A DNA stretch of 64,000 bases from Octopus sinensis (lineage: Eukaryota). A program made the translations under genes and the position numbers. The stretch spans positions 61,628,001-61,692,000 of the forward strand of contig NC_043008.1 of NCBI RefSeq assembly GCF_006345805.1, written 5' to 3'. The notes under the pieces are model-generated. The model saw only the letters and a program-made list of their open reading frames with translations, was not told where the DNA came from and did not search any database. Shown here one piece after another: positions 49,306 through 63,420 of the stretch. Position 1 is the stretch's first letter. Each line of letters begins with the position of its first letter.

Positions 49306-51144
49306 TATGAATACAAAATCGCGGCAAATGCCAGTAGCAATCCAAAAACCTTCTTTGCCCATGTCCAGCGGAATTCCCGCTTGAACAACCAGATTGCAAC
49401 GTTGGTAGACTCAACAGGCGTATCGATCGAGGACCCTTATCAACAGAGTCAATTATTTGCCGAGGCTTTTTCAACTATTTTCAAACAAGATGATGGTCGT
49501 GAACCCCCTCCATTTGATAGATCGGTACCTCCAATGTTTCGATTGGTCATCACGCGGGACGAAGTCAAACGTGTTATTCAAGGCCTCGATGTCAACAAGG
49601 GTCACGGCCCTGACGGCATACACCCACGGGTTATCAAACCGTTGGCTCCGGTCATCTGCGAGCCCTTGACACGACTATTCAATATGTCATTGGCGACGGG
49701 TGTTATACCTGCAGACTGGAGAACAGCGATAATCTGCCCAATTTTCAAGAAAGGGAGCCACGAAGACCCGCTTAACTACCGACCGGTTTCCCTTACATCA
49801 ATAATCAGCAAGATGTTCGAAACCATCCTTAAGAAAAGTATGATGCTCCACCTCCTAAACACAGCCTCCATCTCTGATTCCCAACACGGCTTCGTGCCGA
49901 AGAGATCATGCTTGACCAACTTACTAGTAATGGAAGAATTGGTGACGCGCATCCTCGATGATAGTGATGCTGTTGACATCGTTTTACTGGACTTTGCCAA
50001 AGCTTTTGACTCGGTAAACCACCGCCTATTACTTGTCAAGCTTCAAGCATATAGTTTCCATCCGGATATTGTACGATGGGTTGGTGCCTTCCTCTCAGAT
50101 CGCTCCTTCCAAGTCCAAGTTAATGGTTCGCGGTCCGACGTCTCCAGTGCGAGCAGTGGCGTGCCTCAAGGTTCAGTGCTTGGGCCCTTGTTGTTCTTAG
50201 TCTTCATAAATGACTTGCCCGACGACCTCACGCAACACACCCTTCTATTTGCCGACGATATCAAACGGGTCGCTCCTCGCGGTAATATAGAGGATCTTCG
50301 TCGATGCCTCCACCAAATTTGGAAGTGGTCTAACGATTGGGACCTGTGTCTGAACGTGTCAAAGTGCTGTCATCTGCCTGTCGGCTCTACTCCTGCAACT
50401 CAACTTGATTTCGAGCCGGGTCGTCTGCTGCTGGAGAGGACCGATCAGGTAAAGGACCTAGGTATCTTGGTGGATTCCTCCTTTTCGCCTTCGGCCCAGT
50501 GCGTCCATGCTGCCAACAAAGCACGCGGAATTCTGTTCTTGATTCGACGGTCATTCGGAATGCTCACAGCAGCCATATTCCTACCACTCTATGTCACGCT
50601 GGTGAGACCCATATTGGAGTATGGGAATCAAGCCTCTTCTCCTTATCTCCTCAAAGCCATACAGCATCTCGAAAGAGTACAGAAGCTGGCTACCCGCATG
50701 GTTCATGGTCTCAAAAATTTGTCCTACGAAGAAAGGCTGAGGACGCTCGACCTTTATTCTCTTGAAAAACGCCGCCGCCGTGGTGATCTCATTCTCGCCC
50801 ACAACATCATAAGCGGAAAGTGTAACCTCTCGAAAGAGCTGTTCTTCACTCCTGCTCCAGAGCGTCGGCTGCGGGGTCATTCCGAAAAGCTCTACCTGCG
50901 ACGATTTCATCTCAATCGAAGGAGAGGAGCTTTCTCCGTCCGGGTTGCGGATCCGTGGAACAAGCTGCCAGACGAGATGGTGAAGATGCCGACGACCGCT
51001 TTGTTCAAAGCCTCCCTGGACCTCAAGTGGCCTGAACTCTTCACATGAACACCACCCTGTACTTAACTCCATGTCCCCCTACATGGCCTTGCTATTTGCT
51101 TTTGAGCCAAATTAACTAACTAACCAACTAACTAACTAACTAAC
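49306..51144 (+). mobile_element. 5'-truncated CR1-group LINE with (TAAC)n tail
   Basis: Begins in the EN-RT linker (YEYKIAANASSNPKTFF). The short 3' UTR has a stem-loop CCATGT-CCCCCT-ACATGG (51069-51086), and the tail is (TAAC)n at 51113-51144. Confidence 0.9.
49381..51048 (+). CDS. CR1-group LINE reverse transcriptase (no endonuclease; truncated)
   Basis: KGHGPDGIHP, WRTAIICPIFKKG..NYRPVSLTS, QHGF...RSCLTNLL, LDFAKAFDSVNH, SGVPQGSVLGPLLF, LFADD, KDLG, LRGH..KL, FSVRV..PWNKLP; uninterrupted 555 aa. Confidence 0.95.
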   Translation: MNNQIATLVDSTGVSIEDPYQQSQLFAEAFSTIFKQDDGREPPPFDRSVPPMFRLVITRDEVKRVIQGLDVNKGHGPDGIHPRVIKPLAPVICEPLTRLFNMSLATGVIPADWRTAIICPIFKKGSHEDPLNYRPVSLTSIISKMFETILKKSMMLHLLNTASISDSQHGFVPKRSCLTNLLVMEELVTRILDDSDAVDIVLLDFAKAFDSVNHRLLLVKLQAYSFHPDIVRWVGAFLSDRSFQVQVNGSRSDVSSASSGVPQGSVLGPLLFLVFINDLPDDLTQHTLLFADDIKRVAPRGNIEDLRRCLHQIWKWSNDWDLCLNVSKCCHLPVGSTPATQLDFEPGRLLLERTDQVKDLGILVDSSFSPSAQCVHAANKARGILFLIRRSFGMLTAAIFLPLYVTLVRPILEYGNQASSPYLLKAIQHLERVQKLATRMVHGLKNLSYEERLRTLDLYSLEKRRRRGDLILAHNIISGKCNLSKELFFTPAPERRLRGHSEKLYLRRFHLNRRRGAFSVRVADPWNKLPDEMVKMPTTALFKASLDLKWPELFT

Positions 51145-51572
51145 ATATAATAGGTGACAATTATTCGGTTGCCATAATAAAATTCCGACTTTCGGATGTC
51201 GGGGTGGAAATCTGCTCCGGCATCTCGTCAATTTTCGAGGCAATGAAACAATCCTATGAAAATATCCGTTAAACAAATGGAAATTACTATGTAATTGACC
51301 ACATTATTAAGACAAAAGTGTTATTAGAATGACCGTTAAATAAGGGAAAAAAACAGAAGGGGAGAAAGTAAAAAAGTACAGAAGTAACAATATTCATAGA
51401 AAATGCGTAAGCTCGCATGCACATACATAGACATGTGCGCACGCACACCCACGTACATGTACTTATATGCATATGGTCACTCACATGTACACCCACATAT
51501 ATATGCAACCAATATTATGTACATATTTACATACCCACGGACACACACATACGTGTATATACACATACGCGC

Positions 51573-51637
<65 letters not shown>

Positions 51638-51640
51638 ATA

Positions 51641-51752
51641 TTGGCCTGCTCGCTTAGTCAGCGGGGTAGCGTCATTCGAAGGCTAAAACAATGCGAACGC
51701 ATTGTGACCAGCGATATGTAACAACATCTGATGGTCTTGTCGGTCACGTGAT

Positions 51753-51759
<7 letters not shown>
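51641..51759 (+). mobile_element. 5'-truncated SINE family C (variant tail)
   Basis: Matches the reverse complement of 52180-52298 with 6 mismatches in 119 nt by manual count. Confidence 0.8.
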
Positions 51760-51798
<39 letters not shown>

Positions 51799-52179
51799 AT
51801 ACCCATACGCGCATATATATATATATATATATATTAACATCTCGCTCTAGGAAGGGTTTTTTCAGTTAAGCGGTCGTTTGTTGATGAGAAATATGTAGGC
51901 ACATTAAGAACACAAAAGGATGAAAATTCTAGTCACTGCATGTGAATAACTAGAAAGAAAGGAATATTTGAAAAGGATTCCCAGAAGATTTTTCCTTCTA
52001 CAGATATTTGCATAAATTGATATGTCGAAACTAATTAGAATGTAGAATTGTTGTAAATTGATTGCATATATTTGTGCAATATAGCAACAAAAAAAAAAGC
52101 AATTTGGTTTCATCTGGTAGTACAGGTCTCATATTTTTAAGAGTTTATTGGTTTCCCCGTCCATTTATATATAGACGTG

Positions 52180-52485
52180 TCACGTGATCACGTGACCGAC
52201 CAGACAGTCAGATGTTGTTACACATCGCTGGTCACAATGCGTTCGCATTGTTTTAGCCTTCGAATGACGCTACCTCGCTGGCTAAGCGAGCAGGCCAACA
52301 GAAGAAAGAGTGGGAGAAAGAGTGGTGAAAGAGTACAGCACGGATTACAACCCCCTGCCGGAGCCTCGTGGAGCTTTTAGGTGTTTTCGCTCAATAAACA
52401 CTCACAATACCCGGTCTGGGAATCGAAACCGCGATCCTGCAACCGCGAGTCCGCTGCCCTAACCACTAGGCCATTGCGCCTCCAC
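52180..52485 (-). mobile_element. SINE family C with alternative 3' tail ending CACGTGATCACGTGA
   Basis: Same tRNA-like head and body as 13083-13471, but a different 3' ~120 nt. Confidence 0.85.
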
Positions 52486-52821
52486 ATATACACATGTATA
52501 GAAATAAATGTTTGTGATGTGAATAACCAGGAAATATTTCAGATTGTTTGCACTTGTAATTGTTTACATATATGTATGTATCCATGCATGTGTGTGATTG
52601 TGCTTGTTTGTGTGTGTGTGTATGAGTGCATGTGTATGCGTGTAGGAAACATGCAGATATGAACTATGTGCTCATTTCTTCATGTCTATTCATGCTTCTA
52701 TGTTGCTGTTTATTTTGTGTGAACGAAAGACCGCCGTAATCTCTGCTGTCTCTGTAGCTGTACAAACTTACATGCAATCGTATCGCGTAGGGCTCATGCA
52801 TACATATTGTCTTGCATATTC

Positions 52822-53253
52822 CTTTATTCTTTGATTCTTTTACTTGGTTGAGTCATTTAACTGCGGCCATGCTGGAGCACCAACTTAAAGGATTTTAGTC
52901 GAAGACCCCAGGACTTGTTCTTCGTAAGCCTAGTACTTATTCATTCGGTCTGTTTTGCCGAACCGCTAAAAAATGAGTACATAAAGGCACAAACATCCGT
53001 AGTCAAGCGATGGCGGGTAGATAAACACAAATATACACACATAAACACAGACACACAAAGACACACACTAACACACAGACACAGATGCACACATATTCGA
53101 TGGGTTTCTTCCAGCATTTGTCTACCAAATCCACTCACAAGACATTGGTCGGCCCGAGGCTATTGAGAAGACACTTACCAAAGTTGTCACGAAGTGGGAC
53201 TGAACGCGGAACGACATGGTTGGGAAGCCAGATTCTTACCACAAAGTTACGCC
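52822..53253 (-). mobile_element. SINE family B, full length, diverged
   Basis: Collinear with the reverse complement of 54256-54663. Confidence 0.85.
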
Positions 53254-53516
53254 TGATATCTGGGTGAATGTGTGTGAAAAAGAGCTACGCTACTTTTTCC
53301 CAGCCATACGCAAGTATATAAATGCCTCTGTGTATAATCCAGTCGAAAGTTCAAATGTGTATGGACGAGTATGCGTACGTGTGTACATATTAACTGAAGC
53401 TAGAGAAGTGCCTCACGCTAAAGACAAACCATTATGTGCCATAGCGTATGTAGCACATTTGAGGACTTTGAAAATGATTGTGTAGCGACATATTTCTGTT
53501 AGCGGATGATATACAT

Positions 53517-53574
<58 letters not shown>

Positions 53575-53628
53575 AAATGTATATATGTATATATGTATAT
53601 ATGCATATATACATACATACATACATAT

Positions 53629-53687
<59 letters not shown>

Positions 53688-54255
53688 TATATAATATATA
53701 TATATTTGCGTGTGTATGTATGTATATTAGAGTGGTCCTTAGCAATAGGTAACCGTTCGAAAGTTACAATTTAACTACTCCCATCCACTAATCCTGCTCC
53801 AATAATCAAAATAACGGGGTGTGCAAAATTCTAGCTTAATCAGACAACTGCTAGGCGACCCTCAAGCGCCCTGAATTTTGAACAAAGTATACGAAACGAT
53901 CAATTATGTTCAAAAGGTGGTATACTATTCCCTTTCTCCACCATCTTTTTTTTGTTTTTTTTTTGTGGACACATCAAGGCAACTCTAAAAGATGTTTAAA
54001 AAACGTTCTGAATAAAATTTCCCAATGGCTAATTTGAAAAATTCCTGAAAAAAGATGAATAACTTAGGAAATATTAGGTTTTTCTTAACAAAGCACACAA
54101 TTTCTATACGAGAAACGCATTTTTATTTACAACAATAAATTCTATAGGACGCAAAACAATGTGCACACTGTGACACTGAATATTGAATGTTATTTTTGAA
54201 TAAGAGAGGATTTGATGGCAGTTGGCTTCTTTTTTATTCCTAGAAATTATTCACA

Positions 54256-54663
54256 GGAGTGGCTGTGTGGTAAGTAGCTTGTCTACCAACCACATGGTTC
54301 CGGGTTCAGTCCCACTGCGTGGCACCTTGGGCAAGTGTCTTCTGCTATAGCCTCGGGCCGATCAAGCCTTGTGAGTGGATTTGGTAGACGGAAACTGAAA
54401 GAAGCCCGTCGTATATATGTATATATATATATATGCGTGTGTGTGTTTGTGTGTCTGTGTTTGTCCCCTAGCATTGCTTGACAACCGATGCTGGTGTGTT
54501 TATGTCCCCGTTACTTAGCGGTTCGGCAATAGAGACCGATAGAATAAGTACTGGGCTTACAAAAGAATAAGTCCCGGGGTCAAGTTGCTCGATTAAAAGG
54601 CGGTGCTCCAGCATGGCCGCAGTCAAATGACTGAAACAAGTAAAAGAGTAAAAGAGTAAAAAG
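54256..54663 (+). mobile_element. tRNA-derived SINE family B, full length
   Basis: Head GGAGTGGCTGTGTGGTAAG..GGTTCCGGGTTCAGTCCC, GGCACCTTGGGCAAGTGTCTTC, internal (TA/TG) tract, tail GGCGGTGCTCCAGCATGGCCGCAGTCAAATGACTGAAAC-(AAGAGTAA)n. Confidence 0.88.
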
Positions 54664-54829
54664 TGTATCTGTTCCTAAGTTAATTTACATTCTAGGGAGT
54701 AATCCTTCGTTCTGATTCTTGTCATCTCTGCAAATCCTTGAGAACGTAATTCATGAGAAACTATAAATAATAATGAACGTTAAGCTGATTTCATTTTTCT
54801 ATGTGCAAACAACGTTACGCCAAAGATTT

Positions 54830-55690
54830 TGGTGTCTGAACGTGCGTAAATGCACCTCTCTGTCTCGTTTTGCTTCCTTTCTTTCATTATTCATTGCAAT
54901 CCTCAATGAGTTTGACACCCTTTTCTGCAACACCATTCACAACCAAATATCTTCTCAAGATTTGCATGTCCACTTTGTTAAGATCATCATTTCATGTTGA
55001 AGGGGTTTTGTCGAATAAATCGGTACTGATAGAAAATCTCATGAAGAAACGTTTTGCAACAGGTGTTGCAAAAGACGAAATCTCGATGTTTGTAAAGGAA
55101 GAAAAGTTATTTTGGTGCAGAATATACCTCTTTAGTTGATTTCTTCTTCTTCCTCTTCTTCCCCTCTGTCTGCTTCCTGCATAACTTGAGCAATATTTGC
55201 CTTCACTTCTGTTGGAACATTGCCATCAATTATGGTTAGAGTCACAGTTTCGGGAGTTAAGTACTAGTGATGAATGGAATTTTTTTTTTCGCAGCAACCT
55301 TACTGGTTTCTGGATCAATATTCTGATAATTTATCAGTTGACGCATGACTAGGAAATCACGATGAGGTGATTTAATTACTTCTGATGTTAAAAACCAAGC
55401 TCGAACATACACTTGACCAAGAAAAATACACATTCTCCTTAAAGAGTTCTTCTCTCCAATAGGTAACTCAAACTGAATGCGTAAATTGCTTTTGACAGCC
55501 ACAGGGCATGACTTACAGTTCCTGGTCTACAAAACGATATCCAGTTCTTCGGAACTCCGCCAAGATAGAACGTCGTTAATTCCAACAATTCTCGGTAAGA
55601 AATTCGCTGTTGTTTCCGTATAGAAAGGTCGTACTCAAGAAATCCAAGAATGGTAGAGCGGACGTCATCAGGCAATTAATTCCTACTAGT
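54830..55690 (-). pseudogene. Degenerate DNA transposase C-terminal half (hAT-related, hATm-like motif set)
   Basis: Minus-strand YRELLELTTFYLGG..PGTVSHALWLSKAIY, LRRMCIFLGQVYVRAWF, LTPETVTL..D, and LVVNGVAEKGVKLIEDCN (cf. RELLEL..IFLG..PGA.H.ARW..KAIY and VVND.AERGVKL). The family name is from recall. Confidence 0.65.
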
Positions 55691-56460
55691 TATGTAAACC
55701 TTCTTGTCTAGGTTTCACTAACTCTTTTGAAAAACGCTATACCTGGATCAGATGTTGCACCCATCAGTGAGTCAAAACAGTTCCTAAAACCTAACTAACT
55801 ATATATATATATATAACGGGAAGCTTTATGAAAATAAACAAAAGACGAAGGCAGGTGGGGTATAAACAAACAATTGTATTGTATATATATATATATATAT
55901 ATAAATTCAAAATACTGAAATATTCAAAATATCATTTTCTACCTCATAACATTAGAATCCATTTAAGTGATCATAATACAAATGTATAATGATCACTTAG
56001 GAAATGCAGCTTTGGTCATTTGCATTTCTACTCCTCAGCACAGACCAATTAACGCCTGATTAGAATACTCTGTACGTCAACGGGTATTTGTAAGTCTCAG
56101 CACAAAATTCTAGGCTGCATTAATGAAACGACTATGGAGGCGATTTATAATTATTCATGCAAGAGAAATATTTTGCTGTTGTTTACATAATTATTATGTC
56201 CCTTACCTAACTCTTCTGTAGGTGCATAAACCCTTCCTCTCAAATAGTTTACTATCTTCTCCTTTTAGGGTAACATATACAACTCGTATCAGCCACGACT
56301 AATGGTTTATTATAAAAGAACTGCAAGTTGGTGAAAGTACTATATGATGCTGTTCTTCTTTTAGACGCTCTTCAATATTTTCTCCGCTCCCCATGCAAAA
56401 TACTCGTCTGCAAACAACAAACCAAATTATATTTCATAGAAATTATAAATAAATCATATA

Positions 56461-57355
56461 CGAAGTGGTATGACAAGGTTCCAGGACGAATTCTGTAGAG
56501 CGCCAACAGGTTGCTTGCGTGCGCTGTGCAAGCTAGCAGTGACTTCCATGAGGCAGTTTGCCGAGTGATATCGCCATGTTTATTTCGCAAGTTATGAAGT
56601 TTGTGTTTTTGTCATCATGCCTGTGCTGTAGTATTAAATTTTATCATGGACAGAGAGTTAGAACAAACAGCCTGGGCGGAAATTTTGCGTTAAACTTGTA
56701 AAGTCTGGTACAGAGACATCAAGCATACTTTGGCAAACTTACGGTGATGAGGCGATTCGTCGTATGCAAAGTTTCTAGTGGCACAGCTGCTTCAAAAGGC
56801 ACGGCAGAGACGCAGCTCTGTCAGGAGCATGCTCAGCGTTTCTTCAGACATCCGCGATATTGCGTATCGAAAATTCTTCCAGGGCCAGACGGACAGTCGA
56901 TTTTTCTACTGCGACGTTTTCAAGTGTTTTGAGTGTATTACATTCGGCGAAAGCGGCCGAATCTGTGGAGCGTGTAGAATTAGATTTTTCAAGACGACAA
57001 TGCACCGTGTCACCGAGCACTTCTTACTCGTGAATTCCTCGTCAAAAAAGCGATATGGTATCTCTCCTGCATCTACCCTATTCGTCAGATTTAGCACTTG
57101 CAGAGTTCCATCTCTTTCCCTGGATGAAAATGCAGCTCAAAGGTCGCTATTATAACACCAATGCTGAGAGCAAGAGCGAATCGCACAAGGTCCTCGACTT
57201 GTTTACGGAAACCGAATTCACAGTCGGATTCCAAAAGTCGCAGGAACGCTGAGACCGGAGTATTGTTGCACAAGGTGACCATTTCAAATGTGATTATGTT
57301 AAAAGGAATATTTCATTAAATATAGCCAGCCTAGGACCGCTTTGATACCATCTCG
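56461..57355 (+). mobile_element. Internally deleted mariner element
   Basis: TA|CGAAGTGGTATGACA ... TTTGATACCATCTCG|TA imperfect TIRs with TA duplication. N-terminal FCVKL.KSGTET...YGDEA and C-terminal HLPYSSDLALAEFHLFPWMK..LKG remnants are present. Confidence 0.78.
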
Positions 57356-58336
57356 TAAGCGCATTCAGCTTTTAAAATGATTTTACCTTACAATGCACTA
57401 AACATTTAGAATTATTGTGAGCATTTCATTTTACCTATTTCATTGCATGGTTTGAATTCTGCAAGGACGATGTGGGAGAATTTGAATGGTGTTGATAAAC
57501 TGGGAGAATCCAAATATACAGGAAACAATTCCTTTCTGAGGATGATTAGAATCTAAACTTTGACAACAAGGAATATTAAGTCCTATTACATCAATTTTGA
57601 AGTAGTTGATGGATACCAGGAATGCGCATCGGAATCACACCATTGCTTGTTGTGATTTAGAATATATATAATGAAACGGATTTTGTTTTGAATAATTCCA
57701 GCTCCCCGAGTAATTCTCACCCCACAGCAATATATGTTTAAGATAAATTCCACTCAGCATTGCTATAAGCTATTTCCATTTAGCCATATTGTTGATATTA
57801 TGGAATTAATTGCTAGTTATAGAGTTATACAACTAGTTTTAGTAGTGAATTTCCGACTGCGTGATATATATTTGTTGTTAGGAGAATTTGATAATTGGGT
57901 TTCCTCTGTATTGATAAGAAGTCAAATGATGCACTGAAGCTAATATATAAATAAATAAAACAAAATGTATTCACTCATCCCTAATTAGTAAAGGAAAAAT
58001 AATTGCTAACCCGAGGAGTCGAAATTATCCAAGACAAAATCTCCCGTCTAGCTCATTGCGCAGTTTGACAGTTGCTATTTTCTTTCCGAATTTTTTTATG
58101 CTTAACAATATAGATAACAAACTGATATCTGCTGCAGTTAAAAATGTTCCTTCAGTTTCTCTTCTCTCGAATGGGAGTCACTGTAATTAACAAGCTGTCA
58201 TACCTGATCTCTCTCTCTAAAACTTTTCAGTTTTTTTTTTGGATACACATGCGCACAGATTCACAGACAAACACACACGCATGCGAACTCATATATAAAC
58301 AACACACATCTACACACACACACTCATATATATATT

Positions 58337-58371
<35 letters not shown>

Positions 58372-58539
58372 ATATATATATGGGGGGTATATATATATAT
58401 ATATATATTTATATATTTATATATGGGGGGTATATTTATATATATATAGGCAAACATATATATACACAGGTTAGCTTTCTATGTATGTATATCTACTTAT
58501 CTATACAGCTTTCTGTCTATTTATTTATCTAGACCCCCT

Positions 58540-58577
<38 letters not shown>

Positions 58578-58612
58578 TGTTTATTTCTAGTCACAGATGC
58601 TGCTGTAATAAA

Positions 58613-60272
<1,660 letters not shown>

Positions 60273-60329
60273 AAAACAACAACAACAACAACAATAATAA
60301 TAATAACAATAATAATAACAATAATAATA

Positions 60330-60377
<48 letters not shown>

Positions 60378-60381
<4 letters not shown>

Positions 60382-60545
60382 GTCAATCGTTTGTTATTCA
60401 TGGATGACCTGAAACTTAATGGTAAAGATGAAGTCCAAGTGATTTCCCTCTCGTTGATACGGTGTATACTTTCAGTGCGTAATTATAACGGTTTTCGGAT
60501 CAAGCGGATAAATTCTAGGACACGAAAAATCGTTTGTTCTAAAAT
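60378..60545 (+). pseudogene. R4/Dong-like RT catalytic fragment
   Basis: KVNRLLFMDDLKLNGKDE..DTVYTFS, directly after (AAC/AAT)n at 60274-60380. Confidence 0.7.
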
Positions 60546-61499
60546 ACAAATAAAATTATTCCAAATGAGTTAACTTCTTGCATCTAGAAAGGATTTTCGG
60601 TTCAAAACATTTCGTCTCAGATGTCTTTTCAAAAATTTGCTTTCCAGAGTGTACTCTTATCGCCATTAGTAAGGGGGTTATGCACCTGCGGTTTAGTGCG
60701 TCGTCTATATTGCTATAAACGCGAACCTAATGGTAAATTTCTGATTGGCCATAACCATTGATTATATTATAGCTGCTCAAAACTAAGTAGTTGAGAATGC
60801 TTTTTTTCTCAGACCACTCTGTAGGAGTGGCAGTTAATAGCTGTCTGATGGTCAAAAATAATGTTCTCTTATAGATCTTAAATTCCCGCAACACTGACCT
60901 AGATTTTCTGTCACCACAGAAATAAACTAAACTTTGTACATTGTGTACTTACACCCCCTTCCTCCCATAATGTCGTTATTCGGACGGTTTCTGCTTCACT
61001 GACTTCTTTCGCGACTTTTTTTTAGCCAATATAGCCAATCTCTTCTTCCAAACAACGTAGTTTTGTGAAACGAATAGATGTGTGATCAACATCTTCTCCT
61101 CATATATCAGGAAATTACATCTGCATTATTATGGATACATTCATCTTCTCTGAGAATAAAAATCTCTCTTCATATCTCCGGAAATTACACCTGCATTATT
61201 ATGGATGGATTTACCTTTTCTGTGAAGCTAACAATCGTTTTTAAAAACCTTTTATAAAACTGTGCATCATTAGAAAACATTTTAAGTCTGCTTACAATCT
61301 AACTTTGCTTTTCATAGAACTCTCTTTGATACTTCATGTGTGTAGCTTCACCCCCTAGGATGTTTGGAAAACTCATATGTGTTTTGGTTGATGAATACGG
61401 GACACTTGTAGTTGCTGCAATATTTGCAGCTTTTAATATATCTGTTCTTCGTATGAAACAATTGTACTGAACAACTAATCCATTCTTGTTGCTTTTTTT

Positions 61500-61554
<55 letters not shown>

Positions 61555-61573
61555 ACCTCTGGATATCCGAGTT

Positions 61574-61620
<47 letters not shown>

Positions 61621-62424
61621 ATATATATGCCATTTCAGTTTAAATCCCAATGTAGTATTATTTACCATCAGGACACTTCTGATTCTACTTCTCTGAAAAT
61701 TTCCAACCCTAAACATAGATGTCAGGGTCATTCATTTCATCAGTGGCTATTGACAGATCGTTAAAACAATAAAGAAAAAAAAATACTAAACATGTACCAA
61801 AACGTATATATCACAGGCACGAACCCGTCTTCATTAATACTGTGAAGAATGCCTTGTATTTACGTTATTGTGGGCTAGTTAAGCTACTTTGTGAAATGCG
61901 ATGCACAAGATGTGCTTATTGACGATAGCCAAAAGTGTACTTTAATGTGTCGAATTATTACTCGATTTCTATTCCTCACTTGTTTGTAACTATTTCGTGT
62001 TTCCTAATGTGTGGTTTTATATGATTTTTAATTTATTATACGATGGCAAATGGGAAGAATTATAGAGTGCTGGTTAGAACGTATAGCGGTATTCGCTTTT
62101 GAAAGTCCGAAACCACGTCGATTTGAACATTGAATTTTTTACTTGGAGATTCGATGAATAAATTACCATTTCCAGACTTGATTTTCCTTTTTATTCGTAT
62201 GGAATAAAATGACTTTGGTAAGGCATAGTTAGTCCTTTGACAATTCAACTCATTCAAGTATGTAAAATAGGAAGAAAATGGCTTCAATTTGCATAACATC
62301 CACACCTCTCCCCCAACTTTATATAATTTCATTTTGTCCATCTATCTCCCCACGTTTTTGTGAAGCACGTGTATATATCCTTGTAGTGTAAGTGTTTCCT
62401 TATAGAAAATAATGGCAGGATTCA

Positions 62425-62473
<49 letters not shown>

Positions 62474-62509
62474 GTTATTATTATTGCTATTCTTCTTCTT
62501 CTTCTTCTT

Positions 62510-62601
<92 letters not shown>

Positions 62602-62650
62602 TATTATCATTATTATTATTATTGCTGTTGTTGTTGTTGTTGTTGTTTAT
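62425..62650. repeat. (ATT)n(CTT)n(ATT)n(GTT)n compound microsatellite
   Basis: Directly visible. Confidence 0.95.
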
Positions 62651-62791
62651 TTTTGTCGATAAATGCTGACTGGAAAAGATTAGAATATAAAGGTACAAAT
62701 ACACATACACACACACGTACAGACGCGCACATTCATCCATTCATCCATCCTTCCATACCTACCTACCTACATACATACATACATACATACA

Positions 62792-62823
<32 letters not shown>

Positions 62824-63022
62824 GATATTTATATATATATAAATCACATAGAATGAAATAGATTTCAATGTAGAAATGATGTTCTTTGCAATATATTTCT
62901 TGTTATTTGTGAAAAATTAAAAGAAGGTCAGGAAGAAAATTGATTTCTTCAAAAAGAGAATTGGATTAGAGGTCATGTTGGCAGTGAGAGAAATTAAGTG
63001 ATTGAAGAGGAAGTTAAAGTGC

Positions 63023-63104
<82 letters not shown>

Positions 63105-63139
63105 TAATAATAATAATAGAAATAAGTAAAAATAATAAA

Positions 63140-63420
63140 TGAGCAACTGTGTCAGCAACGATAATAACAGGATTTGGCGTTTTGCCATAGGTTTATTGTT
63201 TGCAAAGGAAGCCATAGTAATATATTTTACTAATGTCAAGAACGGAATCATTATTCCTGTTAGATTTTTTCCATAAGACTTCGGAGAACCAGACAGAAGT
63301 AAAGTCGGAAGAGATCTCGGCTTTAGACTGCTTCCAACGGAAGATAGCTTGGCATTCGCTGGGTAAATAATATTACTCTACTCAAAAGAAAAAAAGAAAA
63401 AAAGAATGAAAATCGCAGAA
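63140..63420 (+). pseudogene. Probable degenerate RTE-type LINE fragment
   Basis: SENQTEVKSEEISALDCFQRKIAWHSLG resembles RTE C-terminal SETWT.....LD.FQRK.LR..LG. Confidence 0.4.

Noticed and set aside
51113-51144. (TAAC)n as telomeric or CRISPR-like repeat
   Set aside because: It is the tandem tail of the CR1-group LINE; no spacer structure anywhere in the window.
63264-63362. 99-nt phase 1-1 exon candidate (AG..GT)
   Set aside because: The peptide and upstream context resemble a decayed RTE LINE C-terminus, so a host exon is less likely.
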